Shown here: positions 1 through 10,252 of the stretch, piece after piece
Numbering within the stretch: position 1 is the first letter of the stretch
Layout of the letters: every line of letters begins with the position of its first letter
Assembly: GCA_043228905.1 (NCBI GenBank)
Contig: JBHGNT010000632.1
Span: 1-18,755 of the forward strand
Origin: Azolla caroliniana
Taxonomy: Eukaryota > Plantae > Polypodiophyta
Length of the DNA stretch: 18,755 nucleotides
Direction of reading: 5' to 3'
Position numbers and translations under genes: made by a program
Notes under the pieces: generated by a model
Database searches by the model: none
Told to the model about the DNA's origin: nothing
The model's input: only the letters and a program-made list of their open reading frames with translations

Positions 1-953
1 ATACATGGGAGCACATGGTGGTCAAAGAGCCTTAGTTATTGAGTTATATAAAGGGGACTTGCAACCCCCTTCGTTATGAAATCTTGAGGCCATCAGTGAG
101 GATAAGCCCTCTTATTTGAATCCATTATTCAACAACCAAAGTATAACATAAGGTATTATTCATGATATGGCACAATAATGGTGTTTTATATTTGTATCGT
201 GTCCTTTGCTCGGGGTGGTCAATGTGGTTAAGTACCCTTTATCTATTATTCTCCTTAATCTCTTGTTCTTTTGCTCATCATTAATCTGATAAACAATATT
301 CGAGAAATTAACATTAGAGTGAGCTATGTGTTTCTATTTGGTCACTAGTCGAGTTCCTTTTACAGGTTACCCTCTTCCCCTATTGCTCATGAGTTTGAGT
401 CTATAAGCCTTGTTGGAGTTCTTCATTACAATCACATGCAAGCACTAACATTAGTATGAGTTAAATTTTTAATGGTTTAAGGATACTTCAGGATTTGAGA
501 AAACTCACATAAGAGGTCATGACATGTGGCAATTATAAAATGCCACATGTCGACTCAAGGACTTAAGGGCTTGCAATTATAAAACGAGGAATAGCTAACC
601 TAGTCAAGGGAGGAAGACAAACTTATTTGCTAAAACATTGCAAAAGACACCGATGGTGAGGTTTGGCAGCTAGCTCTTGCAGCAATAATGTTATACTGAT
701 TGCATCTAATGTAATGATCTTAAGCAACATTTCTGTGGTATAGGATGCCGAGGGTGTTTGAGACACATCTTAATTCCTTCACTTGAGGGTGCTTGGATGG
801 AAAAGTGCAGTTTATTCCATTTCAGTATTACATTTACATGCTTATTTATTTGATCATTAGTTATAACCTTAAATCAGAGGATGTTTAGTGAGCTCGAGGA
901 AGAGCTGAAGCCTCTCTCAATATCTTAAATCTCTTCTAGGTGTAGCCTTGATG

Positions 954-1071
954 TCTATCTCTATCCATCATGCTCTATTCTATCTATCCTACTCTATTCT
1001 TCTCTATGTCTATCTCTATCTATTCTATACTCTTACCTATCTCTCTATCTCTTCTTCTTCTTCTTCTTCTT
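954..1071. repeat. Compound pyrimidine-rich microsatellite (CTAT/CT/CTT)
   Basis: Runs of tctatc and ctct, and a (CTT)n tract at ~1049-1071. Confidence 0.85.
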
Positions 1072-1147
1072 ATGTCAAATGAGATAAAACCTTCATTTTT
1101 AAGTTTTAACTATTCTTTCCATCATATAACATTTATGTACTTTAATA

Positions 1148-1166
1148 CCCCCCCCCCCCCCCCCCC
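1148..1166. repeat. Poly-C tract (C19; G19 on the minus strand)
   Basis: 19 consecutive C residues. Confidence 0.95.
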
Positions 1167-1215
1167 AAAACCTCTCAAACCTTCACACATACACAGACAG
1201 ACAGACACACAGAGA

Positions 1216-1234
1216 GGTTTAGGGTTTAGGGTTT
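1216..1234 (-). promoter_or_regulatory. Tandem telo-box (AAACCCTA) near the PPR gene start
   Basis: GGTTTAGGGTTTAGGGTTT contains two overlapping TAGGGTTT copies ~100 bp upstream of the ATG. The telo-box is an established plant promoter/5'UTR element. Confidence 0.75.
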
Positions 1235-1324
1235 TAAGGCCTGGCACAGTCCTCTGAATCGCGCGCCCGAGAGAGAGACAGAGACGGAGAATGCTGTCTT
1301 CTTCTTTGTCCTCGTTGTAGAGAG

Positions 1325-1385
1325 ATGCATGGCGTCTACAAGCGTGTGGTCTACATCCGTGGCGGGCTGCTCCGTCATATACATG
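1325..1385 (+). CDS. PPR gene exon 1 (MHGVYKRVVYIRGGLLRHIH-G, basic presequence-like)
   Basis: ATG at 1325, donor G|GTAAGT at 1386; phase 1 matches the acceptor at 1876/1877. Arg/Lys-rich with no acidic residues. Confidence 0.7.
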
Positions 1386-4300
1386 GTAAGTAAACGAGAA
1401 CCCGCAGAGATAGATAGATAGATTATATTATCGTCTTCAGAGAGAGAGAGAGAGAGAGGGAGAAAGAGAAAAGACACTCCAGGCTTCTCTTAAAAGGTTG
1501 AGAATGGCCTACGCGACTGATTGAAACTTGTTAAAAAGTTTAGCATCTGTGAAATTCGGAGAAAGTAAAGAAAACAAAAAGTAGAAAATAATGCATACTA
1601 GAAATCAATGGCGGCTGTCAAAGTTTGGAGAAAGAAGACAACGATGTTAACATCACCTAGAGGCCAAAGCCGGGCAATGGAGCAAATCAGAAGGATACGA
1701 ATTAACATCATCTTAGTATCCATTAAAGAATATGTAAAGCAGGAAAATAAATTTGCAATGATACGTGCGGTCATGACTTGTGTGATGGTGTCTTCAATGT
1801 GAGAGAGAAGGCGATGATGATCTATGAGAGTGAGATAGAGATAGAGAGATCTGGTTTGTTTGTTTGTTTGCTGTAGGAGAGGCATTTGATCAGAGAAATC
1901 ATCTCAAGTCCAAAATTTGTGAAGCTATTCAACAGAGAAAAGAGAGGGCGGCATTGTCAGAAGTACACCAATTGTTCAAATTAAAGGATGTTTCTGTATT
2001 AGATTGTAATCAAATATTGCAGGAATGTTGGGTCCATGCCAATGGAAAGGTACTCATTTCTCACTAGAGAGGGTGTCATCTTTCTGCTCACTTATGGTGG
2101 ATATATCTATGCCATACATTGTAAACATGCTACTGTTTAGACTAAAGTCTTACTGGCATAATCAGAAGCTTGTTAGATTGGGCCTTTTAATTTGTGGTGT
2201 ACTTTTTGTACCAGTATATTAAGTATGATATTAAACAAGAGAATGATCAATTTAGTAGAGTAACTTTAAGGTATAGTACACATAGTACCATTCACGAGGT
2301 ATTACGTAAAACTAAATGTTAAATCCGCGTATGTGAACATCCATGGCTACATACGATTTATTTGCATCAATGAAAAGACACCTCTATTCACAATCTGGGT
2401 TCACCATTATCTGTTGTGGTAATCAACGCTGTATTTCTATTACATGGAATAAAATGTTTCATGCTTGCAACAAACATATATAGGCACCATACCATTATGT
2501 TTGGGAGTGTTTTGGTCACCTGAGATCTTCACACTCATTATCCTTCTCTTGTAAATGCTGCTGACATATTCGCCATGGTGGTACAATTGACGACTTCATA
2601 AGCCCATCTTCAATGTCTTTAATTGGTTCTATCCTTGTTGCTTAGAGGAGGGTGCTGGCAGCTGTGCTCCTAGATATGCAGGGAAGGTTGTGACCTATAA
2701 ATCCTTTCCTATCTTGTCCTGTAAACTTTTGCCTGAACAGGTAAACCCTTTTAAAGAGGTGTGTAAATATGTTAGACGCGCGATTCTATACATAGAGATA
2801 TATTTTTCTATCTTCACAATCTCCTTGGATTTTGACGCATCTTTTTCATTCATTCAATTGATTCTTTGCTGGAGAGGCATGGGGAGCAAAACGTTTGTGC
2901 ATGAAATGACACATCCTTTGAAAATGGGGTGAGATTGATGAATCATCATATAGGATTGATTAAAGTATGACGGGAAATTGTATGCCATGATGTTTGCATA
3001 TGATTAGAGTTTCTGGTGACCTGCCAAATTCAAAAATAGAAGATGAGAACGGAACTTTCTTGTTTTATGTTTCAAAGGGAATATATAACCACAAAATTTT
3101 TGCTACACAAGCTTCAAGTTATCATAAGTAATAGTTCAAGTTGGATATGGTTCAACTGAGGATTTACAGTGTCATTAAGGGTCCATATATATCTCACTGT
3201 CTCTCAGCGTATTATGATAGAGTGATAATGTGAACCTAATCTTTTGTGTTGCAGGTTGCACACTCCATGTGGACATCTATGAAAAATGAACGAATAAGCT
3301 TGAATACGTTTTCCATAGCATGTCTTTTGAGTGCTTTGTGCCGGACTGGACTTCTTGATGAGGTAGGGAAAATAAGTCCAGTATTTTCTAAGCAATGTTT
3401 ATAGTGATATGCTTAAAACATTTCTTGAGATTCATAATGCATTAAGAGTTTTATTATGATTAATTATCACAAGCTGAATGAGTGATCAAGATAAAGACGC
3501 CTTCAAACATGCCTTCAAATACAGGATCTTGGTGCTTTCTTTCTACAAATTGGCCATTTGGTAGGCTGTATACACAACAATTCACTCATTGGTGGATAAC
3601 ATGGCTAAATGGCTGAGTATAGCCATTCAATATAAACTAATCCTGATGAATAATTAAAAATTCTGTCCACTTCCCATGCTCATTATTCAACTAGGAAGCA
3701 CTTCAGAATCATGAGTTAATGATGGAAGGATAATACCTCCTTTATCTTACATGGTACTGCTAAAATACATGAACACATGAGTTTATTATCGAGAGAACAC
3801 TTTTGCAATGTCAGACGTTATTTATGCTTAAAGTGTTCGTATACTGACATAAGAGGCCTTAAAACGTGAACAGTTTTAGAAGATAATATTGATATCCATA
3901 GAAGATCTTGGATGGTCAATGTTGAACTGAATCATTTTACTGAATACCTGCACCTTACTCATCTCCCAATTAATATGATATTAATAAAGTGCATGTAGAA
4001 ATGAATGCTTACTAACTAGAGTGCAATATGGAGTTCCAAATGAGATGCAATTAAATATATGGGTTACAACTATAGGTCAAGGAATTGTAACGTCTCTTAA
4101 CATAAGAGCCTTAGAAAGATGACAACTACCTATGTTAACTCGTTAACGTGGTGATGCTAAAACAAAGAAATGGCGCAGGTACAATATTAAGATCTCATGT
4201 GCAAAAGCATGGGACTGAAGCTTGATTGTCTTGACTCTTCAGTTGAGCAGTTGGCACGTGAATATGCAATTACACATGTGGAAGACTAGTAATATATTTA

Positions 4301-7300
4301 CTGCACAGCAATATCTCTTGTTTTCTAAATCATGTCAAAGTGCGGATCATATGACAGGCATTGGAGATTCTGTGTAAACTGGGTCGGGAAATCAATGTAC
4401 AACCAAACATTGTATTTTGTGGAATATTCTTGAGTGGTTGTTCACAAGCTGGAAGCGTGTCCCATGCGGAGAAATGCTTGCGATTTATCAATGAGAAAGG
4501 CATGAAAGAAGATGAGCTGATATATCTTGAACTGATGAAGGTGAGTCTTTTTTTCTATACAGTCATTAGCACATTTTTCAATGAAGTTTCTATATTCTTG
4601 CATCATGGGATGCAAGGATGAAAAGTGTTATAGGATCCGAGGGAGTTTTTTGCAAGCGTTAACCTTCCTTTAGTACAGCTTGCTGGGAAGAGGAAGGATT
4701 TGCCAGCTGTTCATAAAGCATGGTCCTTGATGGTTAAAACATGTAGACCATCAATGCCATGCTTGGAATCCTATTCCACGGCAGTTAAAGCTTTGTGTCG
4801 GGCAGGCTCCTTCCCTGAAGCTCTCGTTGCCTTGCGAGAAATGGTTCAATTGGTCTCAACTAATGATAAATTTACTCTGCTCTCACAAAAACTAGTGAAG
4901 ATTAAAAGTCTCTATGATGATGAGGATATGGCACATTTAGAAGAGATTGCAAGGACCAGAGGTACTTTCGCAAAGAAGGACGAAAACCAAATTGTGGATG
5001 ATTCTACTAAAGAAATGAATGTACAACAGCCTGAGATTAAAGAATCTGAACTCCAGAAGAACTTTCCTTTGTCGGCCAGTAATACAGACACAGATAACAC
5101 CAGTAAAGTGGAAAGTAAAGATATGAAAACTTCTAGCAATGATATGAAAGTGCAAGAATCAAAGGCTAAGATTTGTGACAAACAGAAAAACATTTATTTT
5201 GGAAGTGTTGACATGCAAAATGTGGACTTCCTACGCTCTCAAGCTACAGGGGGCTCGCCTTATGATCAAATACTTGCCTGGACAAGACTTGCAATGATGA
5301 ACTTGCAGCAGTCAGATTCAACAAGTCTTCCTGAGAACTTGCAATCTATGGGAAGTCCTATATCTGGTTTTTTTTCAGATAAATATGCTAAAGTCAAGGA
5401 TATTTTACGGGAGACATTCAATGCAATAATAAATACTGCTGTTAATAGAGGAGATCTGAATTCAGCAGAGGTCATGTTTAGTCAGGTTTATTTACCATAC
5501 CTTATTTTTATTTAAGCTTGTTTGTGATATCTCTTTGTATGTTCGCTGAATTTAATGTTGTAATGGTGTAGATGCGTACCGTGGATTTAAAGCCTGACAT
5601 ATATAGCTACAATGCAATGTTAAGAGCTGTAGTGAGAGGAAGAGGGCTTGACCAAGGATTTGTAGTGGTAAGGTCAATAAGCCACCATTTTCTTATTTCT
5701 CCTCCCAATTTTGCACCGTTCCTAGAAAAAGAAAGGAAATAAAAAACCACCCTTTGTTTTATTTGTAATGTTCCATGTGGCTGTGTTCTTTTTAAATGGC
5801 TTTATCAGTTGTAAATTTTCTGGATATTTTGCTGATGATGAGTATGGTTATGCTGACTCCTGAGTCAGTTAGTAATTGAGGTCACCGAAATTTAAATCAA
5901 AACAGAAATCGAAGATTAATTTTCAGTTAAACATAATATGGTAATATATATTCTCGGTAGAAAGCTATCTTAAACAGATCTTGCATTCCCAAAAATGTAG
6001 TTTCAAAATTTCCAACTGGGGCATGCTCATTGTTAGTCTTGTGTATATTCTAACAATGAAAATAGAGCAGCTTTTGTATGAAAGGTGTGCAAGAGATCCT
6101 TCAAAACATTACCTAGAGTTATATACTAATTCAGTCAATGTTTTTTATTCATTGATCTGACAATGTACAGGTTAAAACTATGGAAAGTGATGGTGTAGAT
6201 CCAGATACTAAAACATATAACGCTATTATAGAGGGGTTCTGTTCTAATTTGGAGTTGGATAAAGCAGAAGCTCTTCTTGAACGCATGCTGACTTGTGACA
6301 ATAAGCAAAAGCCCTCCACTGTATCTTTCAACACAATTTTGAAGGCGTGTGGTGAGTTGGTATGTCATGAAGTTTATCTTGCACAAGGCATTGATTTTAA
6401 ATTGTCAAGATCTGCTAGTTTGACTTCTCATCAATCAGAAATTTAATCTTAATGCTGTTTATCTTTTTGATCCTTCTTTCAGGGCGACCTAATAAGGGCA
6501 TTACGTGTTTTGTCAAAAATGGTCAAAGCAAATGTTACACCTGATAGATGTACGATCTTGTACTTATTATCTGCATTTGGCAGAGTGAATTATCCTTACG
6601 AAAGGGGGACGGAAGAATCACAGAATGAACTTTCACAAAGAATTTCTGCTATTGAAGCTTACATGGAATCTGCAAAAATGCCACACAACTTCCAAACTTT
6701 TAACGCTGTGGTAATTCAGTCAAATCAATTCACTCAGCAATCTATATGATTTTCCTGCCCATGTTAGCATTCTACTTCCATATGCTTTTGAAACATTGAC
6801 TTCTAATCATCATCTGCCATGTCAGAATTACATAATTGAGAAAACTCACAGATAGTTCAAAAGCCCATTTTGAATTTTTAAACATTAACCAGTTAGGAGA
6901 AGATCAGAAAACGGTATAAGAAGGTATTCAATGAACCTTATAAGTTTTTACCATGAAGAGTTACTGTAGTCACTGAATGATTAGCCATACTTTTCTGTGT
7001 GATCCGTTTACACAAATTGTCATGAGGAATGGATGTTTGAGTTATATAATTGAGAAAATTCACAGACAGTCCAAAAGCCTATTTTGTAATTATAAACATT
7101 AACCAGTAGGGAGAAGACCACGAAAAGGTGTAAGAAGGTATTCAGGGAACCCTCATCAGGTTTTACCATGAAGAGTTACTTTAGTCACTGAAAGGTTAGG
7201 CATCCTTTTCTGTGTGATCCTTTTCCACAAATTATCATAAGGAATAGTGTTAGGTGGTTTTTGAAATCAATCTCTTAAAGACCGTGTATGCTGTTGGTCT

Positions 7301-9589
7301 TAGCATCCTTTAAACTACTGGAGTTGACCATTCTAATGGTGGTAGAATCAAATTATTATTATTTATGAGAGGCTTGTTCAGAGAGCTAATTGTTCTAAGG
7401 CTGTTGGTGCCTATTTGGGAATTCTCCAGGATCTCAACCTACTAACAAGACAGAAGACAAACCAAATATACATTCACACCATAATAGTTAATGTTTGGCC
7501 TCTCCCTAATGAGCAGACTATGTGGATTTAAAAGAGTATTCACGATATTACGTTGAAATATATCCAGAATTTTAAAGATGGCTTCAAGGATGTTTGCAAT
7601 AAAACCCTACCATGATGATTGACTAGTTGGAGATACTCTTGCAGCTGCACTTTAGCAAACAAATTCTATAAGAGTGATCAAAGCTTTGTAGAGCCATCAA
7701 TTGGGAATATCACCATTGGTGAATCATTGATTGGGATGTTACCATTCAAGACTATTCAAATGAGCAACTTTTCTGGAGATGTATTAATACCCACACATAC
7801 AAGCGAAGGATAAATCTGCCAAATATTTTGAAACTAATCTACATTTATTCTGTTTCAACATTTTCTGGTTATATGCAGTTTAGAAGAGAGTGTAAGGAGC
7901 AGTAAAGTTTAGATTCTTTTTCATAAAAAAGACTCAAAGAATTCTTTGTTGCTGCTGCTTCTAGATGGTGGCATTAAGTGCAGAAGGAATGGTTGATGCA
8001 GTAATTCATCGCCTACATCTTGCGGAGGGCTGTGTGGGTGGTGATGGTCTTCCCATCCTAACTGCTATTACTTTCAACACAGCGATACATGCATGTAATC
8101 AAGCTAAACAGGTGAGGAAATATCAATCTTTCTGTGAACAATGCCTTTCTCTTTATTTCTCTCTCTTCACACGTTGCTGAATGTAGTGGGCTGCAGCAAA
8201 GGAAGTTTTCAGGAGAATGAAAGATTTAGGTTTAAAGCCAAATACAGAGACATATAATGTCTTCATTGATAGTTGTGCTGCGCAGAAGAAACTTGGTGAT
8301 GCGTTTCAGTACTTAGAAAGAATGCAAGAGGAGGAATTGAAGCCAACATTATATACCTACAACTCACTCATCAAGGTAACATTTAGCTAAAGCATTATTG
8401 TTTGAGTAGTTTCTGAAAAAGCAAGATTGCAAATGGTCTTACTCGATGTGTAGATGGATTTGCTTTAATAAAGCCTTTGTGAAATTTTTATGTTATATTA
8501 ATGCTGCACTTATATTAATACTTTTCTTCTTTTTCAAGAAAAGGAAAGTTTGAGTAATTTCAAATGATCATTGATTAAAAATTTGAGTTATATGAACTAA
8601 TTTTTTTATATATTGTTTGTAATATTCCTATCCAATAAATATAAGGGGAACGTTCCTTTCTCCCCTCAATTTTCAGACTCTCATAAGTTTTCCATTATGT
8701 GCACTACAACAGTATAAGAATGTTGCATTGATTTTCTTATATCTCAGATTTTCTATTTAGAATCCTTTACATACTTTTAGAGTACTTTATTTTCTAAAGA
8801 AACTGAAAACCTCTGGTGATAGTGAATGGATTCTTTTACTGATATTTCTAACCTTGTTCTTAAAGGTATGCTGCTTTTGTAAGAAGTTGGATGCAGCTGT
8901 GAATCTCTTAAAAGAGATTGAGGAGTCTGGCATGGAACCGACCATTGTCACTTTTATTACTTTACTTTCTGCTGCTGTTCATGAGGTATATGTTCCATAT
9001 TTTAAATCCAAAAAATATCTCGTAAGATATAGCTTCAAGAAAGAAAGCTTAGATTAATGATGGAAAAATCCATCAGAATGCCCATGTGGCATAATTCCGA
9101 GGACAGCAACAAAAACTAATAGCATTTGTGTCAGTGTGTATATATTCAATCCTCTTACATATGTGAAACCTACAGGAGCGCATGGACATGGTCGAGTTCC
9201 TGATCGAGCACATGCATAGAAAGCAAATCCAACCAAACATTACCATTTGTGAACTCATAGTTTCTGCATATCTCAACTGCCATGAGATTGATGATGCAGC
9301 CGAATCATTGGGAGTTTTGAGTACCCGAATGCTTCCAAAAGGCCAACATATACCAGGGAAAATGGAAGATATTCTAAAGCAGATCTGCCTTGAGGATAGC
9401 CTTGAAGTTGAGTCTAGTACAATGGAGTTGTTGAAAGACGCCTTAGTTAATAAGGGATTAGCTTCGCAAGCCCTTTTTGCAGCTCGATTATCAGGTTTTG
9501 GCAATGCTTCTATGGATGTCTGGGATACCAATGAAAGCCCATGGGCGAGGCGGTTGAGGATCCAGTATGACCAAATAGTTTCATACTGA
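1325..9589 (+). CDS. P-class pentatricopeptide repeat (PPR) protein, 12 coding exons, ~904 aa, At1g76280-like
   Basis: Exons 1325-1385, 1877-2049, 3255-3362, 4358-4540, 4679-5485, 5572-5667, 6171-6359, 6483-6710, 7965-8111, 8187-8375, 8866-8985 and 9176-9589 splice at GT..AG into one stop-free frame. Repeated PPR signatures: LKPDIYSYNAML, GVDPDTKTYNAIIEGFC, GLKPNTETYNVFIDSC, ELKPTLYTYNSLIK, GMEPTIVTFITLL. The C-terminal ESPWARRL and overall layout match my recollection of At1g76280; orthology not verified by search. Confidence 0.92.
1439..1470. repeat. (AG)n microsatellite in intron 1
   Basis: agagagag... run directly visible. Confidence 0.9.
1877..2049 (+). CDS. PPR gene exon 2
   Basis: (GTTT)n tract plus TAG acceptor; encodes EAFDQRNHLK...HANGK; donor AAG|GTACTC. 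Confidence 0.85.
3255..3362 (+). CDS. PPR gene exon 3 (not in ORF track)
   Basis: TTGCAG acceptor; encodes VAHSMWTSMKNERISLNTFSIACLLSALCRTGLLDE, a degenerate PPR motif; donor GAG|GTAGGG; 108 nt, phase 0. Confidence 0.88.
4358..4540 (+). CDS. PPR gene exon 4
   Basis: CAG acceptor; encodes ALEILCKL...YLELMK; donor AAG|GTGAGT. Confidence 0.9.
4679..5485 (+). CDS. PPR gene exon 5 (large; includes a low-complexity linker)
   Basis: CAG acceptor; encodes LAGKRKDLPAVHKAW...AEVMFSQ; donor CAG|GTTTAT; 807 nt. Confidence 0.9.
5572..5667 (+). CDS. PPR gene exon 6 (not in ORF track)
   Basis: TAG acceptor; encodes MRTVDLKPDIYSYNAMLRAVVRGRGLDQGFVV; donor GTG|GTAAGG. Confidence 0.9.
6171..6359 (+). CDS. 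PPR gene exon 7
   Basis: CAG acceptor; encodes VKTMESDGVDPD...LKACGEL; donor TTG|GTATGT keeps frame with exon 8. Confidence 0.88.
6483..6710 (+). CDS. PPR gene exon 8
   Basis: Pyrimidine tract plus CAG; encodes GDLIRALRVLSKM...TFNAV; donor GTG|GTAATT. Confidence 0.9.
6828..7245 (+). repeat. Diverged ~214-bp tandem duplication in intron 8
   Basis: ATAATTGAGAAAA starts at 6832 and again at 7046; the copies are colinear through ...CAT(G/A)AGGAAT, ending at 7030 and 7245, with many substitutions. Confidence 0.93.
6830..7420 (-). mobile_element. Ancient LINE reverse-transcriptase relic in intron 8
   Basis: Minus-strand translations in LINE RT order: NSLRTISSLN (cf. NYRPISLLN), IDFK..IPYDNLWKRI (cf. 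VDFKKAFDTIP), FSLLVNVY (cf. LSPLLFNIY). Very degenerate. Confidence 0.45.
7965..8111 (+). CDS. PPR gene exon 9
   Basis: TAG acceptor; encodes MVALSAEG...ACNQAKQ; donor CAG|GTGAGG. Confidence 0.9.
8187..8375 (+). CDS. PPR gene exon 10 (not in ORF track)
   Basis: TAG acceptor; encodes WAAAKEVFRRMKDLGLKPNTETYNVFIDSC...YTYNSLIK; donor AAG|GTAACA. Confidence 0.92.
8866..8985 (+). CDS. PPR gene exon 11
   Basis: AAG acceptor; encodes VCCFCKKLDAAVNLL...AAVHE; donor GAG|GTATAT. Confidence 0.85.
9176..9589 (+). CDS. PPR gene exon 12 (terminal)
   Basis: CAG acceptor; encodes ERMDMVEFL...ESPWARRLRIQYDQIVSY; TGA at 9587-9589. Confidence 0.92.
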   Translation, partial: ERMDMVEFLIEHMHRKQIQPNITICELIVSAYLNCHEIDDAAESLGVLSTRMLPKGQHIPGKMEDILKQICLEDSLEVESSTMELLKDALVNKGLASQALFAARLSGFGNASMDVWDTNESPWARRLRIQYDQIVSY

Positions 9590-10252
9590 TATGCATAAGG
9601 TGATTAAACCAATACAAGAAAAAGTTGTTTTATAAAAGATGTCAAAAAGTAGATACAGAAATGTATTTGTTGTTGTATTGGCATTCTTGTTTGGAAAGAG
9701 GTCATTTCGAAGTGCATTGCTCACTACCAGTGGTTTATTTGCCATGGTTGATAATCATTGGAGAATGTAAACATGAATCTGAGGAAAAAGCATGCAATTA
9801 GTTCTTATGCTTGGGCGAACCATCAGCAAGAGGAAGTTTATTACCCTTGAGGTACGTTTCCAAAGATTCACCAAATAATTAATGAATGTTACCTCACACC
9901 ACCTGAAGGGATTGCTAATTTTGCTTTCTCTTTCTGCATCATTACTGTGAGAAGTTCAATGGTGATTTTTATTTATTCATCATTGTGAGAAACAAAGACA
10001 ACGTGCATAGAAAATTGCTCAACGATAACAGATGTACAATGAGATTGTGCATAATATCATCATTATGACAGTATTTCAAAGTCCCAAGCTGAGTTCAATC
10101 CAAACAAGTATATGGGAAAGAGGGAAGTAGTCAAGTGCCAGTGGTGATTGGTTCTAGTGTCACGTATTCAATAAAACTGGATTTAAATACTGTATGATGT
10201 GTCTTGATGTAAATTTAGATTCAAATTTATGACCCTTCAGAATCATCACAAT

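Noticed and set aside
1-970. Possible LTR/TE relic ending in ...CATCA at 970
   Set aside because: No partner LTR, TSD or convincing protein motif within the window.
1216-1234. Telomere or interstitial telomeric array
   Set aside because: Fewer than three units and promoter-proximal; better explained as a telo-box.
970-1257. 95-aa ORF with poly-Leu and poly-Pro
   Set aside because: It is a translation of microsatellites, the poly-C tract and the telo-box; no sign of real coding.
1598-1885. Short ORFs on both strands in intron 1
   Set aside because: They are intronic, have no recognisable domains, and are not needed for the spliced frame.
2440-2640. Minus-strand LINE RT-like traces in intron 2 (SGDQNTP, TIMV, KDIEDGL)
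   Set aside because: The motifs are in different frames and too degenerate to support without an HMM search.
4912-5475. Minus-strand ORFs over exon 5 (also 6135-6386 and 9073-9531)
   Set aside because: Antisense shadows of the PPR coding exons.
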